Below are positions 19,665 to 29,965 of a stretch of DNA of 64,000 bases, piece after piece. The position numbers and the translations under genes were made by a program. The stretch is from Escherichia phage vB_EcoM-CHD16UKE1: the sequence record MZ234030.1; one strand, given 5' to 3'. The notes beneath the pieces are model-generated. The model was not told the DNA's origin and did no database searches. It was given only the letters and a program-made list of their open reading frames with translations. The number at the start of each line of letters is the position of its first letter. Position 1 is the stretch's first letter.

Positions 19665-21842
19665 ATGATTATCACCACTGAAAAAGAAACAATTCTTGGC
19701 AATGGTTCTAAATCAAAAGCATTTAGCATCACAGCATCTCCTAAAGTATTTAAAATTCTGTCATCTGATTTGTATACAAACAAGATTCGTGCAGTAGTCC
19801 GTGAATTAATTACTAATATGATTGATGCCCATGCACTTAATGGAAATCCTGAAAAATTTATCATACAAGTTCCAGGACGATTAGATCCGCGATTTGTTTG
19901 TCGAGATTTTGGTCCGGGTATGAGTGATTTTGATATTCAGGGTGATGATAATTCTCCTGGGTTATATAATTCATACTTCAGTTCATCTAAGGCTGAATCT
20001 AATGACTTTATTGGCGGGTTTGGTTTAGGTTCTAAATCTCCGTTTAGTTATACTGATACGTTTAGTATTACTTCGTATCATAAAGGTGAAATTCGTGGTT
20101 ATGTAGCTTACATGGATGGTGATGGCCCACAGATTAAACCTACATTCGTAAAAGAAATGGGTCCAGATGATAAAACTGGTATTGAAATCGTAGTTCCAGT
20201 TGAAGAAAAAGACTTTAGAAACTTTGCTTATGAAGTTTCTTATATCATGCGACCATTCAAAGATTTGGCTATCATTAATGGTCTTGACCGCGAAATTGAT
20301 TATTTTCCGGATTTTGATGATTATTATGGCGTAAATCCAGAAAGATACTGGCCAGATCGTGGTGGATTATATGCTATCTATGGCGGTATTGTTTATCCTA
20401 TCGATGGTGTTATTAGAGACCGTAACTGGCTAAGCATTCGCAATGAAGTGAATTACATTAAGTTTCCAATGGGTTCACTTGATATTGCTCCATCTCGCGA
20501 GGCTCTTTCACTGGATGATCGCACTCGTAAAAATATTATTGAACGAGTTAAAGAACTCAGTGAGAAAGCATTTAATGAAGATGTAAAACGATTTAAAGAA
20601 TCTACATCTCCTCGTCACACATATCGTGAATTGATGAAGATGGGGTATTCTGCTCGAGATTATATGATTAGTAATTCAGTCAAATTCACGACTAAAAATC
20701 TGTCATATAAGAAGATGCAGAGTATGTTTGAACCTGATAGTAAGTTATGCAACGCGGGAGTTGTGTATGAAGTAAATCTTGACCCTCGACTGAAACGCAT
20801 TAAGCAAAGCCATGAAACTTCAGCCGTTGCATCAAGTTATCGTCTGTTTGGTATTAATACAACAAAAATTAATATCGTTATTGATAATATTAAAAATCGT
20901 GTTAATATTGTCCGTGGATTAGCACGTGCGTTAGATGATAGTGAATTTAATAACACTTTGAATATTCATCATAACGAACGCCTTCTGTTTATTAACCCAG
21001 AAGTAGAATCACAGATTGATTTACTTCCTGATATTATGGCGATGTTTGAAAGTGATGAAGTTAACATTCATTATTTGTCAGAAATCGAAGCTTTAGTTAA
21101 AAGCTATATTCCAAAGGTAGTTAAAAGTAAAGCTCCTCGTCCTAAAGCTGCTACAGCATTTAAGTTTGAAATTAAAGACGGGCGCTGGGAAAAAGAGGAA
21201 TTATTTACGCTCACATCAGAAGCAGATGAAATTACTGGGTATGTAGCGTATATGCATCGTTCTGATATTTTCTCTATGGATGGTACTACATCTCTTTGTC
21301 ATCCATCTATGAATATTTTGATTCGTATGGCTAATCTTATTGGCATTAATGAGTTTTATGTTATTCGTCCGCTTTTGCAGAAAAAGGTAAAAGAACTCGG
21401 TCAGTGCCAATGTATTTTTGAAACTTTGCGTGATTTATATGTAGATGCTTTTGATGATGTAGATTATGATAAGTACGTAGGTTATTCAAGTTCAGCTCAA
21501 CGATATATTGATAAAATTATCAAGTATCCTGAGTTAGATTTTATGATGAAGTACTTCAGTACAGATGAAGTTTCTGAAGAATATACACGACTCGCTAATA
21601 TAGTTAGTTCATTGCGCGGTGTATATTTTAATGGTGGAAAAGATACCATCGGTCATGACATCTGGACAGTAACTAATCTCTTTGATGAATTATCACGTAA
21701 TGCTTCAAAAAATAGTGATAAAATGGTTGCTGAGTTTACCAAGAAATTCCGTATTGTTTCCGACTTCATCGGTTATCGTAACTCTTTGAGTGATGATGAA
21801 GTTTCCCAAATCGCTAAAACTATGAAGGCCCTTGCGGCCTAA
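19665..21842 (+). CDS. rIIA: rIIA membrane-associated protein (GHKL ATPase-like)
   Basis: 725 aa; recalled as T4 rIIA. Confidence 0.9.
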   Translation: MIITTEKETILGNGSKSKAFSITASPKVFKILSSDLYTNKIRAVVRELITNMIDAHALNGNPEKFIIQVPGRLDPRFVCRDFGPGMSDFDIQGDDNSPGLYNSYFSSSKAESNDFIGGFGLGSKSPFSYTDTFSITSYHKGEIRGYVAYMDGDGPQIKPTFVKEMGPDDKTGIEIVVPVEEKDFRNFAYEVSYIMRPFKDLAIINGLDREIDYFPDFDDYYGVNPERYWPDRGGLYAIYGGIVYPIDGVIRDRNWLSIRNEVNYIKFPMGSLDIAPSREALSLDDRTRKNIIERVKELSEKAFNEDVKRFKESTSPRHTYRELMKMGYSARDYMISNSVKFTTKNLSYKKMQSMFEPDSKLCNAGVVYEVNLDPRLKRIKQSHETSAVASSYRLFGINTTKINIVIDNIKNRVNIVRGLARALDDSEFNNTLNIHHNERLLFINPEVESQIDLLPDIMAMFESDEVNIHYLSEIEALVKSYIPKVVKSKAPRPKAATAFKFEIKDGRWEKEELFTLTSEADEITGYVAYMHRSDIFSMDGTTSLCHPSMNILIRMANLIGINEFYVIRPLLQKKVKELGQCQCIFETLRDLYVDAFDDVDYDKYVGYSSSAQRYIDKIIKYPELDFMMKYFSTDEVSEEYTRLANIVSSLRGVYFNGGKDTIGHDIWTVTNLFDELSRNASKNSDKMVAEFTKKFRIVSDFIGYRNSLSDDEVSQIAKTMKALAA

Positions 21843-21853
21843 TAAGGAAAATT

Positions 21854-22792
21854 ATGTACAATATTAAATGCCTGACCAAAAACGAACAAGCTGAAATTGT
21901 TAAACTGTATTCAAGTGGTAATTACACCCAACAGGAATTGGCTGATTGGCAAGGTGTATCGGTTGACACAATCCGTCGTGTTTTGAAAAATGCCGAAGAA
22001 GCTAAACGCCCTAAAGTTACTATTAGTGGTGATATTACAGTTAAAGTTAATAGCGATGCAGTTATTGCTCCAGTTGCTAAATCTGACATTATTTGGAATG
22101 CATCTAAAAAATTCATTTCAATTACTGTTGACGGTGTAACTTATAACGCAACTCCTAATACTCATTCAAACTTCCAGGAAATTCTTAATCTGCTTGTAGC
22201 GGATAAGTTGGAAGAAGCGGCACAAAAAATTAATGTTCGTCGCGCTGTTGAAAAATATATTTCCGGCGATGTTCGAATTGAAGGTGGAAGCTTGTTCTAT
22301 CAAAATATTGAATTGCGGTCTGGTTTGGTTGATCGTATTCTTGACTCGATGGAAAAAGGCGAAAACTTTGAATTTTATTTTCCGTTCTTGGAAAATCTGT
22401 TGGAAAACCCAAGCCAAAAAGCGGTATCTCGACTCTTTGATTTCTTGGTAGCAAACGATATTGAAATTACAGAAGATGGCTACTTCTATGCTTGGAAAGT
22501 AGTTCGCAGCAATTACTTTGACTGTCACTCAAATACCTTTGATAACAGTCCGGGTAAAGTAGTTAAAATGCCACGTACTCGTGTGAATGACGATGATACA
22601 CAAACTTGTTCTCGTGGTCTGCATGTGTGTTCTAAATCTTATATTCGTCACTTTGGCAATTCAACCAGCCGAGTCGTAAAAGTTAAAGTGCATCCTCGCG
22701 ATGTGGTATCAATTCCGATTGATTACAACGACGCTAAAATGCGTACCTGCCAATACGAAGTAGTTGAAGACGTTACTGAACAATTTAAATAA
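21854..22792 (+). CDS. rIIB: rIIB protein
   Basis: 312 aa, directly after rIIA. Confidence 0.9.
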   Translation: MYNIKCLTKNEQAEIVKLYSSGNYTQQELADWQGVSVDTIRRVLKNAEEAKRPKVTISGDITVKVNSDAVIAPVAKSDIIWNASKKFISITVDGVTYNATPNTHSNFQEILNLLVADKLEEAAQKINVRRAVEKYISGDVRIEGGSLFYQNIELRSGLVDRILDSMEKGENFEFYFPFLENLLENPSQKAVSRLFDFLVANDIEITEDGYFYAWKVVRSNYFDCHSNTFDNSPGKVVKMPRTRVNDDDTQTCSRGLHVCSKSYIRHFGNSTSRVVKVKVHPRDVVSIPIDYNDAKMRTCQYEVVEDVTEQFK

Positions 22793-22808
22793 GGGCTTCG
22801 GCCCTTAA
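22791..22808 (+). terminator. Hairpin terminator
   Basis: AAGGGCTTCGGCCCTT. Confidence 0.5.
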
Positions 22809-22820
22809 CTAAGGAAAATT

Positions 22821-23015
22821 ATGTTAGGTTATCAAGCACGAGTAAAAGAAGAATACGATCAATTAATGCTCAAAATTAATGCACTGAGTAAATTTTTAGA
22901 AAGCGCAAAGTTTCTAACAGTTAGTGTAGTTGAGCAAGAACTGCTACTTTCACAGTTCATCTCAATGAAATCTTATGCTGAATGTCTAGAGAAAAGAATT
23001 GCACAATTCAAGTAA
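22821..23015 (+). CDS. Hypothetical protein
   Basis: 64-aa ORF between two hairpins. Confidence 0.4.
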   Translation: MLGYQARVKEEYDQLMLKINALSKFLESAKFLTVSVVEQELLLSQFISMKSYAECLEKRIAQFK

Positions 23016-23017
23016 AA

Positions 23018-23042
23018 TAAAGGGCTTCGGCCCTTTTGTTTT
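23018..23042 (+). terminator. Rho-independent terminator
   Basis: AAAGGGCTTCGGCCCTTTTGTTTT. Confidence 0.7.
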
Positions 23043-23053
23043 AAGGAAAAATT

Positions 23054-23383
23054 ATGATTTATTGTATGAATATCGGTGATTCCGACATAAAAGAGATTAA
23101 ACTGCACGGAAATCATCACGCTAATATTGTGTACTGTAATAAATTTGAGTTTGGTCACGAAAAACTTGGGTTTCTTTACTGTAATGATGTTATAGTCATG
23201 GATAAAAAGGAGCTCGATGAACTTGACCGCGAGTCTTTAGATGAAAATGACCGAATTTATTACGGCACTCTTAAAGTATATAACGCTTATCTCAGTGGTA
23301 AAAAGGAAAGTCTAAATGCAGAAAACGAATCCGGGTTTACAGAGACTATTTCAGATTCCGACATTTACCCTATCGAACAGTGA
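23054..23383 (+). CDS. Hypothetical protein
   Basis: 109-aa ORF. Confidence 0.4.
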   Translation: MIYCMNIGDSDIKEIKLHGNHHANIVYCNKFEFGHEKLGFLYCNDVIVMDKKELDELDRESLDENDRIYYGTLKVYNAYLSGKKESLNAENESGFTETISDSDIYPIEQ

Positions 23384-23873
23384 CTTGACTAGTGAAATGA
23401 AGGTCAAAATTGCTGATACTGCAAGATACTCTTTAAAACAAAACCCGAACCAGGATAAAGCAGAAGTTATTGAAAGATGTCGTATTGCTGTATACGCAGA
23501 GTTTTTTGTAGCAGATTGGCTAAGCGGGTATGTTAATAAAGGTCAAGAAGATGTCGATGATCCATATACATACGCGTGGGATGTTTTAGCACATCCAAAA
23601 TACTGTGGGCTTCGTGTAGAAGTTAAGACACATCAAACTGGCTCACGTTGGATTTCTGTAACAACAGGATGCAGCGGAGAGTATCCATACGGTTCTGGAA
23701 TAAATCTAGGGCCCATTTTAAATCATCAAGTCGCTGACTGTATAATTATATTCAACACTAAAGAAATTCATCCAGGTGTTATCCAGTACACTCCGAAGTT
23801 CATCGGTGACAGAGAAGACCTTCGTAAGGTTGTAAGAAAAAGCAACTACAATGGATGGTATCTTTCCATTTAA
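23316..23873 (+). CDS. denB: DenB-like endonuclease IV candidate
   Basis: 185-aa ORF after rIIB (T4 denB position and size); overlaps previous ORF, true start may be internal. Confidence 0.4.
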   Translation: MQKTNPGLQRLFQIPTFTLSNSDLTSEMKVKIADTARYSLKQNPNQDKAEVIERCRIAVYAEFFVADWLSGYVNKGQEDVDDPYTYAWDVLAHPKYCGLRVEVKTHQTGSRWISVTTGCSGEYPYGSGINLGPILNHQVADCIIIFNTKEIHPGVIQYTPKFIGDREDLRKVVRKSNYNGWYLSI

Positions 23874-23890
23874 AAAATTTTCACAAAACA

Positions 23891-23920
23891 GTTTACATAC
23901 CACAAGGACCGTGGTACTAT
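23891..23920 (+). promoter_or_regulatory. T4-type early promoter
   Basis: GTTTAC, 18 bp, TACTAT (extended TGGTACTAT). Confidence 0.55.
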
Positions 23921-23947
23921 ACAACTATCAGCTACGGAGGAGTAAAA

Positions 23948-24211
23948 ATGAAATTTAAATTTTATTACGCTAAACATAAAATTACCGGTGAATTTATTGC
24001 ATTTACGACTTCAACTACAGATGAAGGAGATATTTTTACTGCAGTATTTTTATCAAAATGGGAATCAGATCAACCTTACTTATCATCACGTGAAGATCTC
24101 CAACGATTAGTTAATGGAGAATATAATGATTCATGGTCATATTTAGTCCATGATTGTGTTAAAAAGGCAATAAAACAAAAACACTTGGAAATCGTTGAGA
24201 TTGAACTATGA
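23948..24211 (+). CDS. Hypothetical protein
   Basis: 88 aa from ATG after RBS GGAGGAG. Confidence 0.45.
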   Translation: MKFKFYYAKHKITGEFIAFTTSTTDEGDIFTAVFLSKWESDQPYLSSREDLQRLVNGEYNDSWSYLVHDCVKKAIKQKHLEIVEIEL

Positions 24212-24290
24212 GTTCATTATGTTGGTGTTTTGTTTGGTTAATTAGTATTCCAGTAATTTGTTTAACATTTACTTTTGTGATGAGGTTATT

Positions 24291-24389
24291 ATGAAAATTT
24301 TGAATTCTGTACTTATTGCTTGTGCGTGGTGGGTTGCACAGGTTTCAGCGGTAGTAGTTGGTATTCACATTTATTACGAATATTTTTAA
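24291..24389 (+). CDS. Hydrophobic micro-protein (32 aa)
   Basis: RBS GAGG; single TM helix. Confidence 0.3.
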   Translation: MKILNSVLIACAWWVAQVSAVVVGIHIYYEYF

Positions 24390-24397
24390 AAAAAGTT

Positions 24398-24427
24398 GTT
24401 TACAAGACTGTTCTTCCGTGGTACTAT
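24398..24427 (+). promoter_or_regulatory. T4-type early promoter
   Basis: GTTTAC then TACTAT. Confidence 0.55.
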
Positions 24428-24455
24428 TACCCTATCAACTACGGAGGAACAGAAA

Positions 24456-24569
24456 ATGAAAAAGATTGTTAAAGCTATATGGAATGTAGTTATAATACTA
24501 GTAGTTTTGAGTATATTCCCAATCGTTTTAATGATTGATGTATTAAACGCTTACTTTGGATTTATGTGA
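24456..24569 (+). CDS. Hydrophobic micro-protein (37 aa)
   Basis: RBS GGAGGA; TM helix. Confidence 0.35.
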   Translation: MKKIVKAIWNVVIILVVLSIFPIVLMIDVLNAYFGFM

Positions 24570-24576
24570 GGAAAAT

Positions 24577-24774
24577 ATGAAGCGTAAACGCAGTGCTTTT
24601 ACATTTATTGAATGGTTTTTCGATAATATTTTTCCGGCTTTATTCATTTTCATGCTGATTTTTGCCTTAGGTTCAGTTGTAGTTGGAATCTATTTGATGA
24701 CAGTAGTCGGAATTGATATTCATCAAAATGGTTTAAAATCAGTGGTTGAAACAATTTGGAATGGTGTAAAATGA
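24577..24774 (+). CDS. Small membrane protein (65 aa)
   Basis: RBS GAGGAAAA; TM helix. Confidence 0.4.
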   Translation: MKRKRSAFTFIEWFFDNIFPALFIFMLIFALGSVVVGIYLMTVVGIDIHQNGLKSVVETIWNGVK

Positions 24775-24881
24775 TGAATTTGCTGAGCGGTTGGTTTTAT
24801 ATTCTTATGTTTTACATTGGTGCAAATTTTCCATATTGGATGGGATGGTCAACAACTGCGTTTGGATTTTATACTCCTTGA
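24774..24881 (+). CDS. Hydrophobic micro-protein (35 aa)
   Basis: ATGA overlap with previous stop; aromatic-rich TM segment. Confidence 0.3.
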   Translation: MNLLSGWFYILMFYIGANFPYWMGWSTTAFGFYTP

Positions 24882-24889
24882 GGTGAATT

Positions 24890-25105
24890 ATGAAAAGTTT
24901 TAAAGATGTAAAAGTTGGTGAAATTTTTTGTTTAGATAACGGTGATCAGTTAATTCGTATTTCACCTCTTAAGAGCACTAGCGAAAAAATGACAGTTAAT
25001 GCTACTTTAGCAAATAACAGTAATGAACGTTTCTGTATTGAAAATGATACTGAAACTTATACCGTAGAAGAGTTTTGGGAATTGAGCGTCGACTGCGACG
25101 ATTAA
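24890..25105 (+). CDS. Hypothetical protein
   Basis: 71-aa ORF. Confidence 0.4.
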   Translation: MKSFKDVKVGEIFCLDNGDQLIRISPLKSTSEKMTVNATLANNSNERFCIENDTETYTVEEFWELSVDCDD

Positions 25106-25165
25106 TTTAATGGCCGCGTGTATTCATGCGGCCTTGGAGTAGAAAATAATTTAGAGGAAATTAAT

Positions 25166-25624
25166 ATGAAATACATGACTGTTACTGATCTGAATAATGC
25201 AGGCGCTACTGTTATTGGTACAATCAAGGGTGGTGAGTGGTTTTTGGGAACTCCGCATAAAGATATTTTATCTAAACCTGGATTTTATTTTTTAGTAAGT
25301 AAATTAGATGGTCGTCCATTTAGTAATCCATGTGTGTCTGCACGATTTTATGTAGGTAATCAGCGTTCTAAGCAAGGATTCAGTGCAGTTCTAAGTCATA
25401 TTCGTCAACGTCGGTCTCAGCTTGCACGTACTATTGCAAATAACAATATGGTATACACAGTATTTTATCTGCCTGCTTCTAAGATGAAACCTCTGACGAC
25501 GGGATTTGGAAAAGGACAGTTAGCTTTAGCGTTTACTCGTAATCATCATTCTGAGTATCAAACACTTGAAGAAATGAACCGTATGTTGGCTGATAATTTT
25601 AAATTCGTTTTGCAGGCATATTAA
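25166..25624 (+). CDS. ndd: Nucleoid disruption protein Ndd
   Basis: 152 aa from ATG 25166 ([13 protein letters not shown]...); recalled as T4 Ndd. Confidence 0.75.
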
Positions 25625-25711
25625 TGAGTAATTTCCACAACGAACACGTGATGCAGTTCTATCGTAATAATCTTAAAACTAAAGGCGTCTTCGGACGCCA
25701 GTGAGGAAAAT

Positions 25712-25870
25712 ATGAATATCGCAAAATTATTAGGAGTTATTTCATTTATTTGTTGGATAGTAGCATGTGTTTTAACTATCTGTATTGATGCCAGCAGTGT
25801 GTTTTCGCAAGCTTTAGCTCAGGGTATGTGTGCATATTTAACATTTGTGTTGTTATCTACTAATGATTAA
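25712..25870 (+). CDS. Small hydrophobic protein
   Basis: 52 aa, RBS GAGGAAAA. Confidence 0.35.
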   Translation: MNIAKLLGVISFICWIVACVLTICIDASSVFSQALAQGMCAYLTFVLLSTND

Positions 25871-26003
25871 GAAAATCTTGGGCTATTCATTAGCCCTTGC
25901 TATTTTATTGATAGCATTATATTACGGAATAATGTTCGGATTAATTCAAGTCGTGCTTTTCATTTCTGATGTTATTATGGCACTACATTCACTAGTATGG
26001 TAA
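25863..26003 (+). CDS. Small hydrophobic protein
   Basis: 46 aa, two hydrophobic segments. Confidence 0.3.
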   Translation: MIKKILGYSLALAILLIALYYGIMFGLIQVVLFISDVIMALHSLVW

Positions 26004-26007
26004 ATTT

Positions 26008-27336
26008 ATGCAACTGAATAATCGTGATTTAAAAAGTATCATTGATAATGAAGCATTGGCTTATGCTATGTACACGGTTGAAAATCGTGCCATTCCAAAT
26101 ATGATTGACGGATTTAAGCCAGTTCAACGATTTGTTATTGCTCGAGCTCTTGATTTGGCACGAGGAAATAAAGATAAGTTTCACAAACTCGCTTCTATCG
26201 CAGGCGGTGTAGCGGACCTTGGATATCATCATGGTGAAAACTCTGCGCAAGACGCAGGTGCTTTGATGGCTAACACTTGGAATAATAACTTTCCTCTGTT
26301 AGACGGTCAAGGAAACTTTGGTTCTCGTACTGTCCAAAAGGCAGCAGCAAGTCGTTATATTTTTGCTCGTGTAAGTAAAAATTTCTATAACGTATATAAA
26401 GATACTGAATATGCTCCAGTACATCAAGATAAAGAACACATTCCGCCTGCTTTCTATTTGCCTATTATTCCTACTGTTCTTCTTAATGGCGTTTCCGGTA
26501 TTGCAACTGGTTATGCAACTTACATTCTTCCTCATAGTGTTTCTTCTGTCAAGAAAGCTGTACTGCAAGCTCTTCAAGGAAAGAAAGTAACTAAACCGAA
26601 GGTAGAATTCCCAGAATTTCGTGGTGAAGTCGTTGAAATTGATGGGCAATATGAAATTCGTGGAACATATAAGTTTACTTCACGAACTCAAATGCATATC
26701 ACTGAGATTCCATATAAGTATGATCGTGAAACTTATGTGAGTAAAATCTTAGACCCGCTTGAAGATAAAGGCTTCATTACATGGGATGATGCTTGTGGTG
26801 AGCATGGCTTTGGCTTCAAAGTTAAATTCCGAAAAGAATACTCTTTGAGCGATAATGAAGAAGAACGCCATGCAAAAATTATGAAAGACTTCGGACTGAT
26901 TGAGCGTCGTTCTCAGAATATTACAGTCATTAATGAGAAAGGAAAGCTGCAAGTTTACGATAACGTAGTTGATTTAATCAAAGACTTCGTTGAAGTTCGT
27001 AAAACTTATGTCCAAAAACGAATTGATAACAAAATCAAAGAAACTGAATCAGCATTTCGTTTAGCTTTTGCCAAGGCACATTTCATTAAGAAAGTAATTT
27101 CAGGTGAAATTGTTGTACAAGGTAAAACTCGCAAAGAACTGACCGAAGAACTTTCTAAAATTGATATGTATTCTTCTTATGTTGATAAACTAGTTGGAAT
27201 GAACATTTTTCATATGACTTCCGACGAAGCAAAGAAACTTGCTGAAGAAGCTAAAGCCAAAAAAGAAGAAAACGAATATTGGAAAACTACTGATGTAGTT
27301 ACAGAATACACCAAAGATTTAGAGGAAATCAAATGA
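26008..27336 (+). CDS. 52: DNA topoisomerase II medium subunit (GyrA-like)
   Basis: 442 aa; recalled as T4 gp52. Confidence 0.9.
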   Translation: MQLNNRDLKSIIDNEALAYAMYTVENRAIPNMIDGFKPVQRFVIARALDLARGNKDKFHKLASIAGGVADLGYHHGENSAQDAGALMANTWNNNFPLLDGQGNFGSRTVQKAAASRYIFARVSKNFYNVYKDTEYAPVHQDKEHIPPAFYLPIIPTVLLNGVSGIATGYATYILPHSVSSVKKAVLQALQGKKVTKPKVEFPEFRGEVVEIDGQYEIRGTYKFTSRTQMHITEIPYKYDRETYVSKILDPLEDKGFITWDDACGEHGFGFKVKFRKEYSLSDNEEERHAKIMKDFGLIERRSQNITVINEKGKLQVYDNVVDLIKDFVEVRKTYVQKRIDNKIKETESAFRLAFAKAHFIKKVISGEIVVQGKTRKELTEELSKIDMYSSYVDKLVGMNIFHMTSDEAKKLAEEAKAKKEENEYWKTTDVVTEYTKDLEEIK

Positions 27337-27482
27337 GTCCATTCATTGGTATCACAAGCGCTGCATTAGTATCTGGTGGCATTTTACTGGCGGGTTTAGG
27401 TGTTGTTCCTGCCGTAGCAGGAGGTCTTCTTGCGTTCGGAATTCAACGTGTTATCATGACAGTTATCACAGTCATGCAGTAA
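27333..27482 (+). CDS. Small membrane protein
   Basis: 49 aa; ATGA overlap with gene 52 stop. Confidence 0.4.
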   Translation: MSPFIGITSAALVSGGILLAGLGVVPAVAGGLLAFGIQRVIMTVITVMQ

Positions 27483-27487
27483 TTTTA

Positions 27488-27514
27488 GGGAGAGCCGAGG
27501 CTCTCCCTTTTTTA
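27488..27514 (+). terminator. Rho-independent terminator
   Basis: GGGAGAGCC-GAGG-CTCTCCC then TTTTTT. Confidence 0.75.
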
Positions 27515-27538
27515 TTTCAAAAATTTTTTCACAAAATG

Positions 27539-27568
27539 GTTTACAACCAAAGCATACTGTGGTACTAT
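27539..27568 (+). promoter_or_regulatory. T4-type early promoter
   Basis: GTTTAC, 18 bp, TACTAT. Confidence 0.55.
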
Positions 27569-27572
27569 ACAA

Positions 27573-27595
27573 CTATCAAATAAATGAACTGAAAC
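27573..27595 (+). repeat. 23-bp leader element CTATCAAATAAATGAACTGAAAC (copy 1)
   Basis: Exact copy also at 27918-27940, each just downstream of an early promoter -10. Confidence 0.7.
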
Positions 27596-27617
27596 AAACA
27601 ACCCGGAGATACAAAAA

Positions 27618-27845
27618 ATGAAATTTAAAATCGAAAACGAAATCGTTAAAGCTAAAAATGCTCTGACTGCTAACAAACTGGTTGTAGATGGTATTGAATA
27701 TGATATCTGTGGAGTTCGTGAAGAAAAACCTGGTGTTCTGACTTTCTTCACAATGATTTTTAAATTTAAAGGTGACACAGAATTCAAACAGTTTGATTTT
27801 GCCCATGAAGACGAAATCGAAGTTCGTAATCTGAACATTAAGTAA
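27618..27845 (+). CDS. Hypothetical protein
   Basis: 75-aa ORF. Confidence 0.45.
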   Translation: MKFKIENEIVKAKNALTANKLVVDGIEYDICGVREEKPGVLTFFTMIFKFKGDTEFKQFDFAHEDEIEVRNLNIK

Positions 27846-27884
27846 GTACTTTATTAGAGCTCTTGAAAAAGAGTGCAAAAAAGT

Positions 27885-27913
27885 GTTTACTTCTGCTTTA
27901 AACATGATACTAT
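27885..27913 (+). promoter_or_regulatory. T4-type early promoter
   Basis: GTTTAC then TACTAT. Confidence 0.55.
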
Positions 27914-27917
27914 AGAC

Positions 27918-27940
27918 CTATCAAATAAATGAACTGAAAC
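27918..27940 (+). repeat. 23-bp leader element (copy 2)
   Basis: Identical to 27573-27595. Confidence 0.7.
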
Positions 27941-27950
27941 GGAGATTAAA

Positions 27951-28586
27951 ATGTCTAAAGTAACTTACATCATCAAAGCTTCTAACGATGTTCTGAATGA
28001 AAAAACTGCTGCGATTTTAATTACCATTGCTAAGAAAGATTTCATTACAGCTGCAGAAGTTCGTGAGGTGCATCCAGATTTAGGTAACGCAGTAGTTAAT
28101 AGTAATATTGGGGTATTGATTAAAAAAGGCCTGGTGGAGAAATCTGGTGATGGATTAATCATTACAGGTGAAGCTCAAGATATTATTTCAAACGCAGCAA
28201 CTTTATACGCGCAGGAAAATGCTCCGGAACTACTGAAAAAACGAGCAACTCGTAAAGCTCGTGAGATTACTTCTGATATGGAAGAAGATAAAGACCTCAT
28301 GTTAAAACTTTTAGATGAAAATGGATTTGTTCTTAAAAAGGTTGAAACTTATCGTAGTAATTATCTTGCCATTTTAGAAAAACGCACTCACGGAATTCGT
28401 AATTTTGAAATTAACAATAATGGAAATATGCGAATTTTTGGATACAAAATGATGGAACATCATATTCAGAAATTTACTGATATCGGAATGTCATGTAAAA
28501 TCGCTAAAAACGGTAATGTGTATCTTGACATTAAACGCTCGGCAGAAAACATTGAAGCTGTAATCACTGTAGCATCTGAACTGTGA
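27951..28586 (+). CDS. motA: Middle-transcription activator MotA
   Basis: 211 aa; recalled as T4 MotA. Confidence 0.8.
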   Translation: MSKVTYIIKASNDVLNEKTAAILITIAKKDFITAAEVREVHPDLGNAVVNSNIGVLIKKGLVEKSGDGLIITGEAQDIISNAATLYAQENAPELLKKRATRKAREITSDMEEDKDLMLKLLDENGFVLKKVETYRSNYLAILEKRTHGIRNFEINNNGNMRIFGYKMMEHHIQKFTDIGMSCKIAKNGNVYLDIKRSAENIEAVITVASEL

Positions 28587-28596
28587 GGAATAAATA

Positions 28597-28926
28597 ATGA
28601 ACAAGTTAGAAATTGTCAATGAACTTCGTCGTTGTGTAGAACCTACTCAAGAGGGTTGGGACATCTGGTACCATGGAGCTTATCTTGGAACTATCGTAAA
28701 GATTAAGACTGGTAAATACATGATTATTCGTGAAAGTAAAGATGCTCCAGTAGGTATTCGCAATAATTTTATGGCAGCGATAAGTTCATTTACGGATGCA
28801 GCTTACGAAATTTACCTTGCTGATTATAAAGAATTTCAGGAATCTCAACCAGTTATTCGTTCAATTGGTGTTAACAAAGCTCAACAGAAAACTTTATGGC
28901 AACGTATTAAAGGATGGTTTAAATGA
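28597..28926 (+). CDS. Hypothetical protein
   Basis: 109-aa ORF. Confidence 0.45.
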   Translation: MNKLEIVNELRRCVEPTQEGWDIWYHGAYLGTIVKIKTGKYMIIRESKDAPVGIRNNFMAAISSFTDAAYEIYLADYKEFQESQPVIRSIGVNKAQQKTLWQRIKGWFK

Positions 28927-29384
28927 ACCCATTTATTAATCGTTTAAAAATGCTGAATGTTCCTTTATGTCGTGAAACTCCAGAAAGTCTTGTTGAAAAA
29001 TTTAAAGCGCATGGTTATAAATGCACAGAAGAAGATATTCTAAAAGAAGTTCCTGAAATCTGTTGGCAGACCGCATACTGGGATGAAAACCAAAAGTATC
29101 AACGACGAATTGTTTGTGCCGCCAACCGTTTTAAATTAAAAGATGGACGAACTCTTGTTATTCCAGGTGCTCGTCATTATTCTAAAGATATGGCAGAAGT
29201 TTTAGATGTAGTTAAACCCCAATTAGTTACTCAGCAAGTTTGTGATGATGACCAAGGGTTTATTGATCAGTATAGCAATTACTGGACACGTGAAGAAGCA
29301 ATGATTATTGCAACTTACGCTGGACAAGTGCGTATTGAACGTGGTGGTAGTGAAAAAGAACTTTACTCTGAGGACCTTTACTAA
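28923..29384 (+). CDS. Hypothetical protein
   Basis: 153-aa ORF, ATGA overlap. Confidence 0.45.
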   Translation: MNPFINRLKMLNVPLCRETPESLVEKFKAHGYKCTEEDILKEVPEICWQTAYWDENQKYQRRIVCAANRFKLKDGRTLVIPGARHYSKDMAEVLDVVKPQLVTQQVCDDDQGFIDQYSNYWTREEAMIIATYAGQVRIERGGSEKELYSEDLY

Positions 29385-29680
29385 TGAATATTAAAAAGTT
29401 TCAAATTGATGGAATTAAGAATCAAATCCAGGCGTTGGAATATGCCAATAAAATGATGTCAACTAATTGGGGAATTTATGCCAATGAACCGGCATTTCAG
29501 TTCTGTGATATGGAATTCACTAAAAAGCTCGTAGGAAAAGATTATGTATGTCCATTTAGTTATCCAGTAAATGGAATGCTAAAACTTGCTTTACGCGATC
29601 TTTATATTGCGATGAACGAAGAGATGATAAAAGAGCTAAAACGCCAACTGAAGGTGATTCAAATTGGCCAGGGAAATTAA
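29384..29680 (+). CDS. Hypothetical protein
   Basis: 98-aa ORF. Confidence 0.45.
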   Translation: MNIKKFQIDGIKNQIQALEYANKMMSTNWGIYANEPAFQFCDMEFTKKLVGKDYVCPFSYPVNGMLKLALRDLYIAMNEEMIKELKRQLKVIQIGQGN

Positions 29681-29882
29681 TTCAAAATCCGATTATTTTA
29701 ATTCTCTCAACGATAAAGATAAAAATCTAATACGGCATTTTATTGTTGAGATGGGATATACCGATACACGCGATTTAAGAGAACATATATTTGAATGTGG
29801 TGTAGCTAAAAAGTTTTCATTCACATGCAAATGTTTAAGAGAGGTAATTCAGCACTATGAACAATTTAGTCGCAAAGCATAA
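29664..29882 (+). CDS. Hypothetical protein (start uncertain)
   Basis: 72-aa ORF with apparent non-ATG start. Confidence 0.3.
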   Translation: MAREINSKSDYFNSLNDKDKNLIRHFIVEMGYTDTRDLREHIFECGVAKKFSFTCKCLREVIQHYEQFSRKA

Positions 29883-29965
29883 TTTTAATAAAGCTTCTGT
29901 TCATAAGGATAAGAAGAAAGCGTTTAAAGAATCTAATCGCAAACAGAAACATAAGGGGAAGGTCT

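Noticed and set aside
22791-23042. Recurring GGGCTTCGGCCC-type palindromes as a possible CRISPR-like or REP array
   Set aside because: They are dispersed single hairpins with UUCG-type loops followed by T-tracts at gene ends, consistent with intrinsic terminators; no regular spacing or spacers
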